This document shows positions 60,176 to 64,000 of a DNA stretch of 64,000 bases, in pieces (the stretch's first letter is position 1; each line of letters starts with the position of its first letter). The position numbers and the translations under genes are program-made. The notes under the pieces were generated by a model. The model saw only the letters and a list, made by a program, of their open reading frames with translations. It was not told the DNA's origin and searched no databases. The stretch is taken from positions 1-64,000 of IMG/VR virus record IMGVR_UViG_3300035156_000206. One strand, written 5' to 3'.

Positions 60176-61387
60176 ATGTCACATGCAACAACTCCCGCCC
60201 TCAAGAAATACGATGTCATCTTTTTCATTTGCCGTGCCCAGCCATTTACAAATGGCCACAAGCACAACATTGATCAAGCGCTTGAACAAGCCAATCGTGT
60301 TGTAGTTGTCCTGGGTTCAGCCCACCGGGCGCGCGATGTCCGCAACCCATTCACATACGAAGAGCGCAAGGCAATGATTCGCGATGTGTATCGTGCTGAA
60401 GGCATCGACCACCGCATTTCGTTCCGCCCGCAACGCGACTATCCATACAGTGATACAATGTGGGCATCGTATATACAGAAGACTGTTAGCGACTACTGCT
60501 CGACTTACCATATGGGCCGAACGGACGTCAAGGTCGGCCTAATCGGCCACATGAAGGAAGACACTTACTACCTGAATCTGTTCCCGCAGTGGGACTTTGT
60601 TCCAGTGCAAGGCATGGGTGACACATCGGATATGAATGCGACGAATGTTCGCAAGGCGTACTTCGAAGAATCTACGTTCCATGGCCGCGAAGGTGCCGAG
60701 TATAGCCTGCTCGACTATATCGAGCAAGTGACCAATCGTGTTCCTGCCCTTGTCAGCTATTTTTTATATGAATTCAAGTACGGCGTGAAGCCAGGTAACA
60801 TCAGCTACGCAGAGCTGACCAAACCACGCACAGACGGACCAACTCCTGTGTGGCCTGCGCCTGAGACACTGACGGATCAGTATCGCAACCTCAAAAATGA
60901 GCACTTCCACATCAAGAAGTACCGTGCAGCATGGGATGCAGCGCCATATGCACCGATGTTTGTTACGTGCGATTGCCTGATCGTGCAAAGTGGTCACGTA
61001 CTGCTGATCCAGCGCAAAGCGGCACCAGGCAAAGGTCTCTGGGCAATCCCAGGTGGCTTCCTAAACCAAGGCGAACGGATCGTTGATGGTATCTTCCGTG
61101 AGCTGAAGGAAGAAACAGTCATCAAGGTACCAATGAAGGTACTTCGTGGTAGCCTGGTTGGCCAACATGTTTACGACCACCCTCAGCGTTCACAGCGCGG
61201 CCGTGTGATTACGCATGCAGGCGTTGTGCACCTCGAAGACGGTCCACTGCCGAAGGTAAAGGGTTCAGACGATGCTGCCAAGGCAAAGTGGTTCCCAATC
61301 AACGAAGTGTACAAGATGCAAGACCAATTCTTCGAAGACCACTTCTTCATCATTGAAGACCTTCTGAACCGTTTCCCAAAGAAGTAA
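60176..61387 (+). CDS. nadM: Bifunctional NMN adenylyltransferase / ADP-ribose Nudix hydrolase
   Basis: RAQPFTNGH, GSA...RNPF...ER; Nudix box GGFLNQGE...RELKEET. Confidence 0.92.
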   Translation: MSHATTPALKKYDVIFFICRAQPFTNGHKHNIDQALEQANRVVVVLGSAHRARDVRNPFTYEERKAMIRDVYRAEGIDHRISFRPQRDYPYSDTMWASYIQKTVSDYCSTYHMGRTDVKVGLIGHMKEDTYYLNLFPQWDFVPVQGMGDTSDMNATNVRKAYFEESTFHGREGAEYSLLDYIEQVTNRVPALVSYFLYEFKYGVKPGNISYAELTKPRTDGPTPVWPAPETLTDQYRNLKNEHFHIKKYRAAWDAAPYAPMFVTCDCLIVQSGHVLLIQRKAAPGKGLWAIPGGFLNQGERIVDGIFRELKEETVIKVPMKVLRGSLVGQHVYDHPQRSQRGRVITHAGVVHLEDGPLPKVKGSDDAAKAKWFPINEVYKMQDQFFEDHFFIIEDLLNRFPKK

Positions 61388-61396
61388 GGCACAGCC

Positions 61397-61648
61397 ATGA
61401 AATTCTTACCGACTGAAGTGCTCGATTCAGTATTGGCAAAACACATCCTCCAGATCAACGAGGATTCGACTGTGATGGAGGTGTTTCGCATCTACGACGA
61501 GATTACTCTGATGCGGGACCGGGACCCAGTAGTATCGTACCGCATCATCGCCAAGATCAAGGATTTCCTGGACAAAGCGATGGTTCGTGACAACATGACG
61601 CTCAAAGAGCTGGGTAACCGCGCCATGTGGCGCGATGAAGACAATTAA
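61397..61648 (+). CDS. Hypothetical protein
   Basis: 83-aa ORF. Confidence 0.7.
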   Translation: MKFLPTEVLDSVLAKHILQINEDSTVMEVFRIYDEITLMRDRDPVVSYRIIAKIKDFLDKAMVRDNMTLKELGNRAMWRDEDN

Positions 61649-61659
61649 GGAACAGTACC

Positions 61660-61929
61660 ATGGCTACAGAACTTTCGCGCGACGAGCGCATTGACTTGGC
61701 AGTATGTTATTATGGTTGGTACACATTCGGCATGGCTGCAACTGACTCGGAACGATGTGATGAGGACTGTGCCATGGACAATGGAGGAGTACCACGATAT
61801 GCAGATCAACTGACTGAAAAACACATCGAGGTGCTGGATCGATTGAAACGGGTACCAGCCCATCCAATTGAATCCATTGATGCTATATTAGCACGCCACC
61901 CAGAGTGGAAGCTTCCACCTCTCAACTAA
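61660..61929 (+). CDS. Hypothetical protein
   Basis: 89 aa; AAGGA RBS. Confidence 0.7.
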   Translation: MATELSRDERIDLAVCYYGWYTFGMAATDSERCDEDCAMDNGGVPRYADQLTEKHIEVLDRLKRVPAHPIESIDAILARHPEWKLPPLN

Positions 61930-61940
61930 GGAACGTTATC

Positions 61941-62186
61941 ATGGCAATCCAACCAACAACATTTGCACTCGTCGACATGACAGACCATTCGTTCCTCAAC
62001 TGGAACCTACCGTCGTGGAAGGCAGCAATGAACTTCCATGCTGATTACGTGAACAAACACAACATCGGCATTGTAAAGATTCACAACCGTGTGGTTGTGA
62101 CTGAGATGAGCAAGAACGCAAACAGGCCTACACGCAGACAACGCATCAACCTGGCACTTGCTCGTACGAAATACCCTTTGCGATAG
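61941..62186 (+). CDS. Hypothetical protein
   Basis: 81 aa from MAIQPT; AAGGA RBS. Confidence 0.7.
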   Translation: MAIQPTTFALVDMTDHSFLNWNLPSWKAAMNFHADYVNKHNIGIVKIHNRVVVTEMSKNANRPTRRQRINLALARTKYPLR

Positions 62187-62224
62187 ACGCACTGGGCCTA
62201 CCAATTTGTTAAAGGAGTTTTAAC

Positions 62225-63862
62225 ATGAACACCATCGAAACCAAAATGAACACCATTGCAGCATCAGTCCGTCACGGATTTGAATCCATTCAAGACCAAA
62301 TCCAATCACTGCGCGGTGCATTGACAAGCGACTACAACGTTGCTCTTGATACCGATAGCTACAAACCATCGCACTTCCTGCAGTACCCGCCTAACACGGA
62401 ATACGTGTTCTCGTACGTCGAAGCTCGTGGATCGAGCGACAAGCCGTCGTCGAAGATCATGAAGTCCTTGGAAAACTACCTAACGCCAGAGATGCTGAAG
62501 CTGTTCAAGGCAGAGAATACCACTCAGCCATTCAACTTCACACTGATGTTCGGTCTCCAGTACATCAACAAAATGTACCTGAGCAAGCGCGTCACCAAAG
62601 AAATGGTCGATTACGCTGCCAAGGAATGGAAAGCTCACGGCGAGCCATTCAACTACGACGGTTGGATGTACATTGTCAATGAGCTGGAAGGCAAGTTGCC
62701 AGTTCGCATTCGTGCAGCCAAAGAGGGAGCCATCATCCCTCTCAAGAACGCGCTGATCACAGTTGAGAACACCGATCCCAAATGCTTCTGGCTGACTTCG
62801 TACATTGAGCCAGCAATCCTCCGCGTATGGTATGGCATCACTGTTGGTACACTCAGTTGGACCATCAAGCAGATCATTGCTGCATACCTGCGCAAGAGCT
62901 CAGATACCATGGATGGCCTGCTATTCAAGCTGCACGACTTCGGCTCACGTGGCGTCAGCTCGTACGAAAGTGCGGGCATTGGTGGTGCTGCTCACTTGGT
63001 CAACTTCATGGGCAGTGACACAATGCGTGCCATCCAGGTGCTGAAAGAGATCTACAATGTGGGCGAGGATGAAATGCCTGCATACTCGATCCCAGCTGGT
63101 GAACACAGTTCGTTCACTTCATGGCGCAAGGAATTCGAGAAAGAAGCTTACCGCAACATGATCGTCCAGTTTGGTAAGCCAGGCGCCTTGTTTGCTGCAG
63201 TGTCTGACTCGTACGACATCTTCAATGCAGTCGACAATATCTGGGGCAAAGAGCTGAAAGACGAACTGATTGCATCCGGTGCCACCGCAGTCATTCGCCC
63301 TGACAGTGGCGAACCAAAGGACATCGTCCTCAAAGTTGTGCAACTGCTGGACAAGAACTTCGGTTCGACCATCAACAGCAAGGGATACAAAGTGTTGCAC
63401 CCTTCAGTGCGTGTCATCCAAGGGGATGGCATTAACCTGGATAGCGTTAGCGAAATCTACGACACGCTGCTGGCTGCTGGCTATAGTGCAGACAACGTCG
63501 CCCTGGGAATGGGTGGTGGACTGCTGCAAATGGTCAATCGTGACACATTGCAGTTCGCAATGAAGTGCTCGGCTGCAAAGGTTGCTGGCGAATGGGTTGA
63601 CGTATACAAAGACCCAATCACCGACAGTGGCAAGCGCAGCAAGCGTGGCCGTGTTGGTCTGTTCCAGAACACGGTAACCAGCGAATATGCCACCATTCGC
63701 CTGGATGAAGTCACAGAGCTGAATGGAGAATTCGAGCACAAGGGCGAGATCTACATCGATGCGATGGACACCGTATTTGAGAATGGTGAAGTGCTTGTCG
63801 ATGAAAAGCTGGATGTCATCCGGGCACGATCGAACGATCACTACTTTATCGTCAGCCGTTAA
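62225..63862 (+). CDS. nadV: Nicotinamide phosphoribosyltransferase
   Basis: DTDSYKPSH, HDFGSRG, SDSYD, IRPDSG, VIQGDG motifs. Confidence 0.95.
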   Translation: MNTIETKMNTIAASVRHGFESIQDQIQSLRGALTSDYNVALDTDSYKPSHFLQYPPNTEYVFSYVEARGSSDKPSSKIMKSLENYLTPEMLKLFKAENTTQPFNFTLMFGLQYINKMYLSKRVTKEMVDYAAKEWKAHGEPFNYDGWMYIVNELEGKLPVRIRAAKEGAIIPLKNALITVENTDPKCFWLTSYIEPAILRVWYGITVGTLSWTIKQIIAAYLRKSSDTMDGLLFKLHDFGSRGVSSYESAGIGGAAHLVNFMGSDTMRAIQVLKEIYNVGEDEMPAYSIPAGEHSSFTSWRKEFEKEAYRNMIVQFGKPGALFAAVSDSYDIFNAVDNIWGKELKDELIASGATAVIRPDSGEPKDIVLKVVQLLDKNFGSTINSKGYKVLHPSVRVIQGDGINLDSVSEIYDTLLAAGYSADNVALGMGGGLLQMVNRDTLQFAMKCSAAKVAGEWVDVYKDPITDSGKRSKRGRVGLFQNTVTSEYATIRLDEVTELNGEFEHKGEIYIDAMDTVFENGEVLVDEKLDVIRARSNDHYFIVSR

Positions 63863-63868
63863 GAACCA

Positions 63869-63893
63869 GAGAGCCCGCAAGGGCTCTCTTTTT
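63869..63893 (+). terminator. Rho-independent terminator
   Basis: GAGAGCCC-GCAA-GGGCTCTC then T run. Confidence 0.85.
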
Positions 63894-64000
63894 ATCTGGA
63901 GCTCCCATGCTATCCTTTCTTGGTAATATTGCTGGACTGTTGTGTTTGATGATTTTTATGTTTACAATCTTTCCTGCGATCACTATATTACAGATGACAT

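Noticed and set aside
1-64000. Stop-codon reassignment
   Set aside because: Standard-code ORFs tile the window densely, known enzymes are full length, and no suppressor tRNA is seen.
1-64000. rRNA genes, IS elements, retron or DGR reverse transcriptase
   Set aside because: No rRNA signatures, transposase or RT motifs were recognised.

Overview
This window is part of a large tailed dsDNA phage genome (jumbo-like, about 50% GC), probably infecting a Proteobacterium. It has sigma70-type early promoters and T4-like late TAAATA promoters; no capsid, terminase or polymerase genes lie in the window. 1-18 kb is an early/host-takeover region of small, mostly minus-strand genes. Many sit behind a conserved ~47-bp promoter+leader repeat (TTGACA/T-17-TATAAT...AACTGACGAA-RBS). 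An RNA island is interleaved: six conventional tRNAs, two tRNA-like RNAs with large insertions, a circularly permuted two-piece tmRNA and several unassigned structured RNAs. 18-22 kb holds iteron-like repeats, GGGTCGG clusters and a strand-composition flip, suggesting an origin or genome-end region. 22-35 kb is a plus-strand block (M23 peptidase, ArgC-like, collagen-like fibre, many small envelope proteins, ATP-grasp). 35-52 kb is a minus-strand metabolic block (PRTase, HAD, HD-kinase, SF2 helicase, CoaD, CoaE-HD fusion, AlkB, glycosyltransferase, vWA, DenV). 52-64 kb is a plus-strand block (P-loop kinase, nucleotidyltransferase, spanins, probable internal head proteins, NMNAT-Nudix, NAMPT). 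Top candidate for an undescribed system: a 140-nt sRNA (7759-7898, minus) whose hairpin is the reverse complement of the leader+Shine-Dalgarno shared by about 12 early translation starts, i.e. a possible one-RNA regulon switch. Other strong leads are the insertion-bearing tRNA-like RNAs, a CoA-rebuilding module, a 40-aa prepilin mimic and a three-copy promoter-driven sRNA/peptide cassette. All protein family calls come from motif recognition by eye; no database search was run.
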